Source: Bugula neritina
Lineage: Eukaryota > Animalia > Bryozoa
Direction: 5' to 3'
NCBI GenBank assembly: GCA_964035545.1
Contig: OZ037766.1
Span: 18,315,081 to 18,379,080 of the forward strand
DNA length: 64,000 nucleotides
The position numbers and the translations under genes are program-made. The notes below the pieces were generated by a model. It was not told the origin of the DNA and ran no database searches. It was given only the letters and a program-made list of their open reading frames with translations. Below, piece after piece: positions 42,101-54,745 of the stretch. Numbering within the stretch: position 1 is the first letter of the stretch; the number at the start of each line of letters is the position of its first letter.

Positions 42101-45100
42101 TCAGTAGTTTGCAACATATTTCAGTAGGTTACCATATATTTCGGTATGTTGCAGCATATTTCAATGTGTTGCAGTGTATTTCAATATGTTACAGTGTATT
42201 TCAGTATGTTGCAGTATGTTGCAGTATGTTGCAGTTTGCTGCAGTATGTTGCAGTGTATTTCTGTATGTTACAGTGTATTTCAGTATGTTGCAGTATATT
42301 TCAGTTTGTTACAGTATATCTCAGTATGTTGCAGTATATTTCAGTGGGTTATGGTATATTTCAGTATGATACAGCGTCTTTCAGTATGTTACAGTGTATT
42401 TCAGTATGTTGCAGTATTTTGCAATATGTTTCAGTATGTTACAGTGTATTTCAGTATTTTGCAGTATAATTCAGTATGTTACAATAAATTTCAGTATGTT
42501 ACAGTACATTTCCGTAAATTACACTATACTTCCGTGAGTTGTAGTATATTTCAGTATCTTGCAGTATATATCAGTATGTTACAGTATATTTCTGTATGTT
42601 ACAGTATATTTCAGTGTGTTACAGTAAATTTCAGTATGTTACAGTGCATTTGCAGATATTACACTATACTTCAGTGAGTTTTAGTGTCTTTCAGCATGTT
42701 GCAGTATATTTCAGTATGTTGCAGTATTTTGCAATATATTTTAGTATGTTACGGTGTATTTCAGTACGTTGCAGTATATTTCAGTATGATACAATAAATT
42801 TCAGTGTGTTACAGTACATTTTTGCAAATTACGCTATACTTCAGTGAGTTGTAGTATATTTCAGTATCTTGCAGTATATCTCAGTATGTTACAGTTTATT
42901 TCAGTATGTTCCAGTATATTTCAGCGTGTTTCAGTATATTTCAGTATGCCACAGTGCACTTTCAGATTTTTCACTATACTTCAGTGAGTTTTAGTGTCTT
43001 TCAGTATGTTGCAGTATATTTCGGTATCTTGCAACTTATTTCAATGTGTTGCATTGTATTTCAATATGTTACAGTGTATTTCAGTATGTTGCAGTATGTT
43101 GCAGTGTACTTCAGTATGTTACAGTGTATTTCAGTAGGTTTCAGTATCTTGCAGTATATTTCAGTATGTTGCAGTCTATTTCAGTGGGTTACAGTATATT
43201 CCAGTATGTTCCAGTATGTTGCAGTATATTTTAGTATGTTACAGTGTATTTCTGTAGTTTGCAACATATTTCAGTAGGTTACCATATATTTCGGTATGTT
43301 GCAGCATATTTCAATGTGTTGCAGCGTATTTCAATATGTTACAGTGTATTTCAGTATGTTGCAGTATGTTGCAGTGTATTTCTGTATGTTACAGTGTATT
43401 TCAGTATGTTGCAGTATATTTCAGTATGTTACAGTATGTTTCAGTATGTTGCAGTATATTTCCGTGGGTTATAGTATATTTCAGTATGATACAGCGTATT
43501 TCAGTATGTTACAGTGTATTTCAGTATGTTGCAGTATATTTCAGTATGTTACAATAAATTTCAGTATGTTACAGTACATTTCCGTAAATTACACTATACT
43601 TCAGTGAGTTGTAGTATATTTCAGTATGTTGCAGTATATCTCAGTATGTTACAGTATATTTCAGTATGTTACAGTATATTTCAGTGTGTTACAGTAAATT
43701 TCAGTATGTTACAGTGCATTTGCAGATATTACACTATACTTCAGTGAGTTTTAGTGTCTTTCAGTATGTTGCAGTATATTTCAGTATGTTGCAGTATTTT
43801 GCAATATATTTTAGTATGTTACGGTGTATTTCAGTACGTTGCAGTATATTTCAGTATGATACAATAAATTTCAGTGTGTTACAGTACATTTCTGCAAATT
43901 ACACTATACTTCAGTGAGTTGTAGTATATTTCAGTATCTTGCAGTATATCTCAGTATGTTACAGTTTATTTCAGTATGTTCCAGTATATTTCAGCGTCTT
44001 TCAGTATATTTCAGTATGCCACAGTGCATTTTCAGATTTTTCACTATACTTCAGTGAGTTTTAGTGTCTTTCAGTATGTTGCAGTATATTTCAGTATCTT
44101 GCAACATATTTCAATGTGTTGCAATGCATTTCAATATGTTACAATGTATTTCAGTATGTTGCAGTATGTTGCAGTGTATTTCAGTATGTTACAGTGTATT
44201 TCAGTAGGTTTCAGTGTCTTGCAGTATATTTCAGCATGTTGCAGTATATTTCAGGATGTTGCAGTATGTTTCAGTATGTTACAGTATTTTGCCGTATTTT
44301 GCAGTTTATTTCAGTATGTTCCAGTATATTTCAGCGTTTTTCAGTATATTTCAGTATGCCACAGTGCATTTTCAGATTTTTCACTATACTTCAGTGAGTT
44401 TTAGTGTCGGTCAGTATGTTGCAGTATATTTCAGTATCTTGCAACATATTTCAATGTGTTGCAATGCATTTCAATATGTTACAATGTATTTCAGTATGTT
44501 GCAGTATGTTGCAGTGTATTTCAGTATGTTACAGTGTATTTCAGTAGGTTTCAGTGTCTTGCAGTATATTTCAACATGTTGCAGTTTATTTCAGGATGTT
44601 GCAGTATGTTTCAGTATGTTACAGTATTTTGCCGTATTTTGCCGTATATTTCAGTGTGTTACAGTATATTTCATTATGTTGCAGTATGTTGCAGTATATT
44701 TCAATAATTTGCAACATATTTCAGTAGGTTACCATATATTTCGGTATGTTGCAGCATATTTCAATGTGTTGCAGTGTATTTCAGTATGTTGCAGTATGTT
44801 GCAGTATGCTGCAGTATGTTGCAGTGTATTTCTGTATGTTACAGTGTATTTCAGTATGTTGCAGTATATTTCAGTTTGTTACAGTATATTTCAGTATGTT
44901 GCAGTATGTTTCAGTGGGTTATAGTATATTTCAGTATGATACAGCGTCTTTCAGTATGTTACAGTGTATTTCAGTATGTTGCAGTATTTTGCAATATGTT
45001 TCAGTATGTTACAGTGTATTTCAGTATGTTGCAGTATAATTCAGTATGTTACAATAAATTTCAGTATGCTCCAGTACATTTCCGTAAATTACACTATACT

Positions 45101-46415
45101 TCAGTGAGTTGTAGTATATTTCAGTATCTTGCAGTATATCTCAGTATGTTACAGTATATTTCAGTATGTTACAGTATATTTCAGTGTGTTACAGTAAATG
45201 TCAGTATGTTACAGTGCATTTGCAGATATTACACTATACTTCAGTGAGTTTTAGTGTCTTTCAGTATGTTGCAGTATATTTCAGTATGTTGCAGTATTTT
45301 GCAACATATTTTAGTATGTTACGGTGTATTTCAGTACGTTGCAGTATATTTCAGTATGATACAATAAATTTCAGTGTGTTACAGTACATTTTTGCAAATT
45401 ACACTATACTTCAGTGAGTTGTAGTATATTTCAGTATCTTGCAGTATATCTCAGTATGTTACAGTTTATTTCAGTATGTTCCAGTATATTTCAGCGTGTT
45501 TCAGTATATTTCAGTATGCCACAGTGCATTTTCAGATTTTTCACTATACTTCAGTGAGTTTTAGTGTCTTTCAGGATGTTGCAGTATATTTCGGTATCTT
45601 GCAACTTATTTCAATGTGTTGCATTGTATTTCAATATGTTACAGTGTATTTCAGTATGTTGCAGTATGTTGCAGTGTACTTCAGTATGTTACAGTGTATT
45701 TCAGTAGGTTTCAGTATCTTGCAGTATATTTCAGTATGTTGCAGTATTTTTCAGTGGGTTACAGTATATTCCAGCATGTTCCAGTATGTTGCAGTATATT
45801 TCAGTATGTTGCAGTGTATTTCAGTATGTTACAGTGTATTTCAGTAGTTTGCAACATATTTCAGTAGGTTACCATATATTTCCGTATGTTGCAGCATATT
45901 TCAATGTGTTCCAGTGTATTTCAATATGTTACAGTGTGTTTCAGTATGTTGCAGTATGTTGCAGTGTATTTCTGTACGTTACAGTGTATTTCAGTATGTT
46001 GCAGTATATTTCAGTATGTTACAGTATGTTTCAGTATGTTACAGTGCATTTGCAGATATTACACTATACTTCAGTGAGTTTTAGTGTCTTTCAGTATGTT
46101 GCAGTATATTTCAGTATGTTGCAGTATTTTGCAATATATTTTAGTATGTTACGGTGTATTTCAGTACGTTGCAGTATGTTTCAGTATGATACAATAAGTT
46201 TCAGTGTGTTACAGTACATTTCTGCAAATTACACTATACTTCAGTGAGTTGTAGTATATTTCAGTATCTGGCAGTATATCTCAGTATGTTACAGTTTATT
46301 TCAGTATGTTCCAGTATATTTCAGCGTCTTTCAGTATATTTCAGTATGCCACAGTGCATTTTCAGATTTTTCACTATACTTCAGTGAGTTTTAGTGTCTT
46401 TCAGTATGTTGCAGT
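37647..46415. repeat. About 8.77-kb block, copy A
   Basis: Matches 54745-63513 at constant offset 17098 across all ORF pairs from 37748/54846 to 45886/62984. Confidence 0.93.
39200..42520. repeat. 1789-bp tandem duplication
   Basis: ORF pairs 39451/41240, 39775/41564 and 40357/42146 at offset 1789. Each copy holds one 9-bp CAGTGTTTT monomer. The pair is repeated again at about 56300-59620. Confidence 0.88.
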
Positions 46416-49400
46416 ATATTTCAGTATCTTGCAACATATTTCAATGTGTTGCAATGCATTTCAATATGTTACAATGTATTTCAGTATGTTGCAGTATGTT
46501 GCAGTGTATTTCAGTATGTTACAGTGTATTTCAGTAGGTTTCAGTGTCTTGCAGTATATTTCAACATGTTGCAGTATATTTCAGGATGTTGCAGTATGTT
46601 TCAGTATGTTACAGTATTTTGCCGTATTTTGCCGTATATTTCAGTGTGTTACAGTATATTTCAATATGTTGCAGTATGTTGCGGTATATTTCAGTAGTTT
46701 GCAACATATTTCAGTAGGTTACCATATATTTCGGTATGTTGCAGCATATTTCAATGTGTTGCAGTGTATTTCAATATGTTACAGTGTATTTCAGTATGTT
46801 GCAGTATGTTGCAGTATGTTGCAGTTTGCTGCAGTATGTTGCAGTGTATTTCTGTATGTTACAGTGTATTTCAGTATGTTGCAGTATATTTCAGTTTGTT
46901 ACAGTATATTTCAGTATGTTGCAGTATATTTCAGTGGGTTATGGTATATTTCAGTATGATACAGCGTCTTTCAGTATGTTACAGTGTATTTCAGTATGTT
47001 GCAGTATTTTGCAATATTTTTCAGTATGTTACAGTGTATTTCAGTATGTTGCAGTATAATTCAGTATGTTACAATAAATTTCAGTATGTTACAGTACATT
47101 TCCGTAAATTACACTATACTTCAGTGAGTTGTAGTACATTTCAGTATCTTGCAGTATATATCAGTATGTTACAGTATATTTCTGTATGTTACAGTATATT
47201 TCAGTGTGTTACAGTAAATTTCAGTATGTTACAGTGCATTTGCAGATATTACACTATACTTCAGTGAGTTTTAGTGTCTTTCAGTATGTTGCAGTATATT
47301 TCAGTATGTTGCAGTATTTTGCAATATATTTTAGTATGTTACGGTGTATTTCAGTACGTTGCAGTATATTTCAGTATGATACAATAAATTTCAGTGTGTT
47401 ACAGTACATTTTTGCAAATTACGCTATACTTCAGTGAGTTGTAGTATATTTCAGTATCTTGCAGTATATCTCAGTATGTTACAGTTTATTTCAGTATGTT
47501 CCAGTATATTTCAGCGTGTTTCAGTATATTTCAGTATGCCACAGTGCACTTTCAGATTTTTCACTATACTTCAGTGAGTTTTAGTGTCTTTCAGTATGTT
47601 GCAGTATATTTCGGTATCTTGCAACTTATTTCAATGTGTTGCATTGTATTTCAATATGTTACAGTGTATTTCAGTATGTTGCAGTATGTTGCAGTGTACT
47701 TCAGTATGTTACAGTGTATTTCAGTAGGTTTCAGTATCTTGCAGTATATTTCAGTATGTTGCAGTATATTTCAGTGGGTTACAGTATATTCCAGTATGTT
47801 CCAGTATGTTGCAGTATATTTCAGTATGTTACAGTGTATTTCTGTAGTTTGCAACATATTTCAGTAGGTTACCATATATTTCGGTATGTTGCAGCATATT
47901 TCAATGTGTTGCAGCGTATTTCAATATGTTACAGTGTATTTCAGTATGTTGCAGTATGTTGCAGTGTATTTCTGTATGTTACGGTGTATTTCAGTATGTT
48001 GCAGTATATTTCAGTATGTTACAGTATGTTTCAGTATGTTGCAGTATATTTCCGTGGGTTATAGTATATTTCAGTATGATACAGCGTATTTCATTATGTT
48101 ACAGTGTATTTCAGTATGTTGCAGTATATTTCAGTATGTTACAATAAATTTCAGTACGTTACAGTACATTTCCGTAAATTACACTATACTTCAGTGAGTT
48201 GTAGTATATTTCAGTATGTTGCAGTATATCTCAGTATGTTACAGTATATTTCAGTATGTTACAGTATATTTCAGTGTGTTACAGTAAATTTCAGTATGTT
48301 ACAGTGCATTTGCAGATATTACACTATACTTCAGTGAGTTTTAGTGTCTTTCAGTATGTTGCAGTATATTTCAGTATGTTGCAGTATTTTGCAATATATT
48401 TTAGTATGTTACGGTGTATTTCAGTACGTTGCAGTATATTTCAGTATGATACAATAAATTTCAGTGTGTTACAGTACATTTCTGCAAATTACACTATACT
48501 TCAGTGAGTTGTAGTATATTTCAGTATCTTGCAGTATATCTCAGTATGTTACAGTTTATTTCAGTATGTTCCAGTATATTTCAGCGTCTTTCAGTATATT
48601 TCAGTATGCCACAGTGCATTTTCAGATTTTTCAGTATACTTCAGTGAGTTTTAGTGTCTTTCAGTATGTTGCAGTATATTTCAGTATCTTGCAACATATT
48701 TCAATGTGTTGCAATGCATTTCAATATGTTACAATGTATTTAAGTATGTTGCAGTATGTTGCAGTGTATTTCAGTATGTTACAGTGTATTTCAGTAGGTT
48801 TCAGTGTCTTGCAGTATATTTCAGCATGTTGCAGTATATTTCAGGATGTTGCAGTATGTTTCAGTATGTTACAGTATTTTGCCGTATTTTGCAGTTTATT
48901 TCAGTATGTTCCAGTATATTTCAGCGTTTTTCAGTATATTTCAGTATGCCACAGTGCATTTTTAGATTTTTCACTATACTTCAGTGAGTTTTAGTGTCGG
49001 TCAGTATGTTGCAGTATATTTCAGTATCTTGCAACATATTTCAATGTGTTGCAATGCATTTCAATATGTTACAATGTATTTCAGTATGTTGCAGTATGTT
49101 GCAGTGTATTTCAGTATGTTACAGTGTATTTTAGTAGGTTTCAGTGTCTTGCAGTATATTTCAGCATGTTGCAGTATATTTCAGGATGTTGCAGTATGTT
49201 TCAGTATGTTACAGTATTTTGCCGTATTTTGCAGTTTATTTCAGTATGTTCCAGTATATTTCAGCGTTTTTCAGTATATTTCAGTATGCCACAGTGCATT
49301 TTCAGATTTTTCACTATACTTCAGTGAGTTTTAGTGTCGGTCAGTATGTTGCAGTATATTTCAGTATCTTGCAACATATTTCAATGTCTTGCAATGCATT

Positions 49401-51800
49401 TCAATATGTTACAATGTATTTCAGTATGTTGCAGTATGTTGCAGTGTATTTCAGTATGTTACAGTGTATTTCAGTAGGTTTCAGTGTCTTGCAGTATATT
49501 TCAACATGTTGCAGTATATTTCAGGATGTTGCAGTATGTTTCAGTATGTTACAGTATTTTGCCGTATTTTGCCGTATATTTCAGTGTGTTACAGTATATT
49601 TCAGTATGATATGGCGTCTTTCAGTATGTTACAGCGTATTTCAGTATGTTGCAGTATATTGCAGTATTTTGCAATATATTTTAGTATGTTACGGTGTATT
49701 TCAGTACGTTGCAGTATATTTCAGTATGATACAATAAATTTCAGTGTGTTACAGTACATTTCTGCAAATTACACTATACTTCAGTGAGTTGTAGTATATT
49801 TCAGTATCTTGCAGTATATCTCAGTATGTTACAGTTTATTTCAGTATGTTCCAGTATATTTCAGCGTCTTTCAGTATATTTCAGTATGCCACAGTGCATT
49901 TTCAGATTTTTCACTATACTTCAGTGAGTTTTAGTGTCTTTCAGTATGTTGCAGTATATTTCAGTATCTTGCAACATATTTCAATGTGTTGCAATGCATT
50001 TCAATATGTTACAATGTATTTCAGTATGTTGCAGTATGTTGCAGCGTATTTCAGTATGTTACAGTGTATTTCAGTAGGTTTCAGTGTCTTGCAGTATATT
50101 TCAGCATGTTGCAGTATATTTCAGGATGTTGCAGTATGTTTCAGTATGTTACAGTATTTTGCCGTATTTTGCAGTTTATTTCAGTATGTTCCAGTATATT
50201 TCAGCGTTTTTCAGTATATTTCAGTATGCCACAGTGCATTTTCAGATTTTTCACTATACTTCAGTGAGTTTTAGTGTCGGTCAGTATGTTGCAGTATATT
50301 TCAGTATCTTGCAACATATTTCAATGTGTTGCAATGCATTTCAATATGTTACAATGTATTTCAGTATGCTGCAGTATGTTGCAGTGTATTTCAGTATGTT
50401 ACAGTGTATTTCAGTAGGTTTCAGTGTCTTGCAGTATATTTCAACATGTTGCAGTATATTTCAGGATGTTGCAGTATGTTTCAGTATGTTACAGTATTTT
50501 GCCGTATTTTGCCGTATATTTCAGTGTGTTACAGTATATTTCATTACGTTGCAGTATGTTGCAGTATATTTCAATAGTTTGCAACATATTTCAGTAGGTT
50601 ACCATATATTTCGGTATGTTGCAGCATATTTCAATGTGTTGCAGTGTATTTCAGTATGTTGCAGTATGTTGCAGTATGCTGCAGTATGTTGCAGTGTATT
50701 TCTGTATGTTACAGTGTATTTCAGTATGTTGCAGTATATTTCAGTTTGTTACAGTATATTTCAGTATGTTGCAGTATGTTTCAGTGGGTTATAGTATATT
50801 TCAGTATGATACAGCGTCTTTCAGTATGTTACAGTGTATTTCAGTATGTTGCAGTATTTTGCAATATGTTTCAGTATGTTACAGTGTTTTTCAGTATGTT
50901 GCAGTATAATTCAGTACGTTACAATAAATTTCAGTATGCTCCAGTACATTTCCGTAAATTACACTATACTTCAGTGAGTTGTAGTATATTTCAGTATCTT
51001 GCAGTATATCTCAGTATGTTACAGTATATTTCAGTATGTTACAGTATATTTCAGTGTGTTACAGTAAATGTCAGTATGTTACAGTGCATTTGCAGATATT
51101 ACACTATACTTCAGTGAGTTTTAGTGTCTTTCAGTATGTTGCAGTATATTTCAGTATGTTGCAGTATTTTGCAACATATTTTAGTATGTTACGGTGTATT
51201 TCAGTACGTTGCAGTATATTTCAGTATGATACAATAAATTTCAGTGTGTTACAGTACATTTTTGCAAATTACAGTATACTTCAGTGAGTTGTAGTATATT
51301 TCAGTATCTTGCAGTATATCTCAGTATGTTACAGTTTATTTCAGTATGTTCCAGTATATTTCAGCGTGTTTCAGTATATTTCAGTATGCCACAGTGCATT
51401 TTCAGATTTTTCACTATACTTCAGTGAGTTTTAGTGTCTTTCAGGATGTTGCAGTATATTTCGGTATCTTGCAACTTATTTCAATGTGTTGCATTGTATT
51501 TCAATATGTTACAGTGTATTCCAGCATGTTCCAGTATGTTGCAGTATATTTCAGTATGTTGCAGTGTATTTCAGTATGTTACAGTGTATTTCAGTAGTTT
51601 GCAACATATTTCAGTAGGTTACCATATATTTCCGTATGTTGCAGCATATTTCAATGTGTTCCAGTGTATTTCAATATGTTACAGTGTGTTTCAGTATGTT
51701 GCAGTATGTTGCAGTGTATTTCTGTATGTTACAGTGTATTTCAGTATGTTGCAGTATATTTCAGTATGTTACAGTATGTTTCAGTATGTTGCAGTATATT
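42070..51800. repeat. Overlapping block duplications at offsets 4590 and 5870/5750, including a triplicated 340-bp unit (about 48630-49600)
   Basis: Offset 4590: 42351/46941 (ATGGTATATT) and 42951/47541 (ACAGTGCACT). Offset 5870: 44214/50084 and 45166/51036, switching to 5750 at 45771/51521. The 340-bp unit gives ORFs at 48706, 49046 and about 49386. Confidence 0.85.
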
Positions 51801-52429
51801 TCCGTGGGTTATAGTATATTTCAGTATGATACAGCGTATTTCAGTATGTTACAGTGTATTTCAGTATGTTGCAGTATTTTGCAATGCATTTCAGTATATT
51901 ACAGTGTATTTCAGTATGTTGCAGTATATTTCAGTATGTTACAATAAGTTTCAGTATGTTACAGTACTTTTCTGTAAATTACACTATACTTCAGTGAGTT
52001 GTAGTATATTTCAGTATCTTGCAGTATATCTCAGTATGTTACAGTATATTTCAGTATGTTACAGTATATTTCAGTGTGTTACAGTATGTTGCAGTATATT
52101 TCAGCAGTTTCCAACATATTTCAGTAGGTTACCATATATTTCGGTATGTTGCAGCACATTTCAATGTGTTGCAGAGTATTTCAATACGTTACAGTGTATT
52201 TCAGTATGTTGAAGTATATTCCAGTGTGTTGCAAGATATTTCAGTGGGTTATAGTATATTTCAGTATGATACAGCGTCTTTCAGTATGTTACAGTGTATT
52301 TCAGTATGTTGCAGTATTTTGCCATATGTTTCAGTATGTTACAGTGTATTTCAGTATGTTGCAGTATAATTCAGTATGTTACAATAAATTTCAGTATGTT
52401 ACAGTACATTTTCGTAAATTACACTATAC

Positions 52430-54745
52430 TTCAGGGAGTTGTAGTATATTTCAGTATCTTGCAGTATATCTCAGTATGTTACAGTGCATTTTCAGATTTT
52501 TCACTATACTTCAGTGAGTTTTAGTGTCTTTCAGTATGTTGCAGTATTTTTCGGTATCTTGCAACTTATTTCAATGTGTTGCAATGTATTTCAATATGTT
52601 ACAGTGTATTTCAGTATGTTGCAATATGTTGCAGTGTATTTCAGTATGTTACAGTGTATTTCAGTAGTTTTCAGTATCTTGCAGTATATTTCAGTATGTT
52701 GCAGTATATTTCAGTGGGTTACAGTATATTCCAGTATCTTCCAGTATGTTGCAGTATGTTGCAGTATGTTGCAGTGTATTTCTGTATGTTACAGTGTATT
52801 TCAGTATGTTGCAGTGTATTTCAGTATGTTACAGTGTATTTCAGTATGTTGCAGTATTTTGCCATGCATTTCAGTATGTTACAGTGTATTTCAGTATGTT
52901 GCGGTATATTTCAGTATGTTACAATAAATTTCAGTATGTTACAGTACATTTCCGTAAATTACACTATACTTCAGTGAGTTGTAGTATATTTCAGTATCTT
53001 GCATTATATCTCAGTATGTTCCAGTATATTTCAGTATGTTACAGTATATTTCAGTATGTCACAGTGCATTTCCAGATATTACACTATACTTCAGTGAGTT
53101 TTAGTGTCTTTCAGTATGTTGCAGTATGTTGCAGCGTATATCAGTATGTTACAGTGTATTTCAGTAGGTTTCAGTGTCTTGCAGTATATTTCAGCATGTT
53201 GCAGTATGTTTCATTATGTTGCAGTATGTTGCAATATGTTTCAGTAGTTTGCATAATATTTCAGTAGGTTAGTATATATTTCGGTATGTTGCAGCATATT
53301 TCAATGTGTTGCAGCGTATTTCAATATGTTACAGTGCATTTCAGTATGTTGCAGTATGTTGCAGTATGCTGCAGTATGTTGCAGTGTATTTCTGTATGTT
53401 ACAGTGTATTTCAGTATGTTGCAGTATATTTCAGTATGTTACAGTATATTTCAGTATGTTGCAGTATATTTCAGTGGGTTATAGTATATTTCAGTATGAT
53501 ACAGCGTCTTTCAGTATGTTACAGTGTATTTCAGTATGTTGCAGTATTTTGCAATATGTTTCAGTATGTTACAGTGTATTTCAGTATGTTGCAGTATAAT
53601 TCAGTTGGTTACAATAAATTTCAGTATGTTACAGTACATTTTTGTAAATTACACTATACTTCAGTGAGTTGTAGTATATTTCAGTATCTTGCAGTATATC
53701 TCAGTATGTTACAGTATATTTCAGTATGTTACAGTATATTTCACTGTGTTACAGTAAATTTCAATATGTTACAGTGCATTTGCAGATATTGCACTATACT
53801 TCAGTGAGTTTTAGTGCCTTTCAGTATGTTACAGTGTATTTCAGTATGTTGCAGTATTTTGCAAAATATATCAGTATGTTACAGTGTATTTCAGTATGTT
53901 GCAGTATATTTCAGTATGTTACAATAAATTTCAGCATGTTACAGTGCATTTGCAGATATTACACTATACTTCAGTGAGTTTTAGTGTCTTTCAGTATGTT
54001 GCAGTATATTTCGGTATTTTGCAACATATTTCAATATGTTGCAATGTATTTCAATATGTTACAGTGTATTTCAGTATGTTGCAGTATATTTCAGGATGTT
54101 GCAGTATATTTCAGTATGTTACAGTGTTTTGCAGTATTTTGCAGTATATTTCAGTGTGTTACAGTATATTTCATTATGTTGCAGTATGTTGCAGTATATT
54201 TCAGTAGGTTACCATATATTTCGGTATGTTGCAGGATCTTTCAAAGTGTTGCAGTGTATTTCAATATGTTACAGTGTATTTCAGTATGTTGCAGTATGTT
54301 GCATTATGCTGCAGTGTATTTCTGTATGTTACAGTGTATTTCAGTATGTTGCAGTACATTTCAGTATGTTACAGTATATTTCAGTATGTTGCAGTATATT
54401 TCAGTGGGTTATAGCATATTTCAGTATGATACAGCGTATTTCAGTATGTTACAGTGTACTTCAGTATGTTGCAGTATTTTGCAATATATTTCAGTATGTT
54501 ACAGTGTATTTCAGTATGTTGCAGTATATTTCAGTATGTTACATTAAATTTCAGTATGTTACAGTACATTTCCGTAAGTTACACTATACTTCAGGTAGTT
54601 GTAGCATATTTCAGTATCTTGCAGTATATCTCAGAATGTTACAGCACATTTCATTGTGTTGCAGTGTATTTCAATATGTTACAGTGTATTTCAGTATGTT
54701 GCAGTATGTTGCAGTATGCTGCAGTATGTTGCAGTGTATTTCTGT
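52430..54745. repeat. More diverged, apparently non-duplicated satellite segment
   Basis: Many variants not noticed elsewhere in the window: CAGGGAGTT 52432, CATAATATTT 53252, CAGTTGGTT 53602, CAGGATCTTTCAAAGTG 54232 and CAGGTAGTT 54592. Confidence 0.75.
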
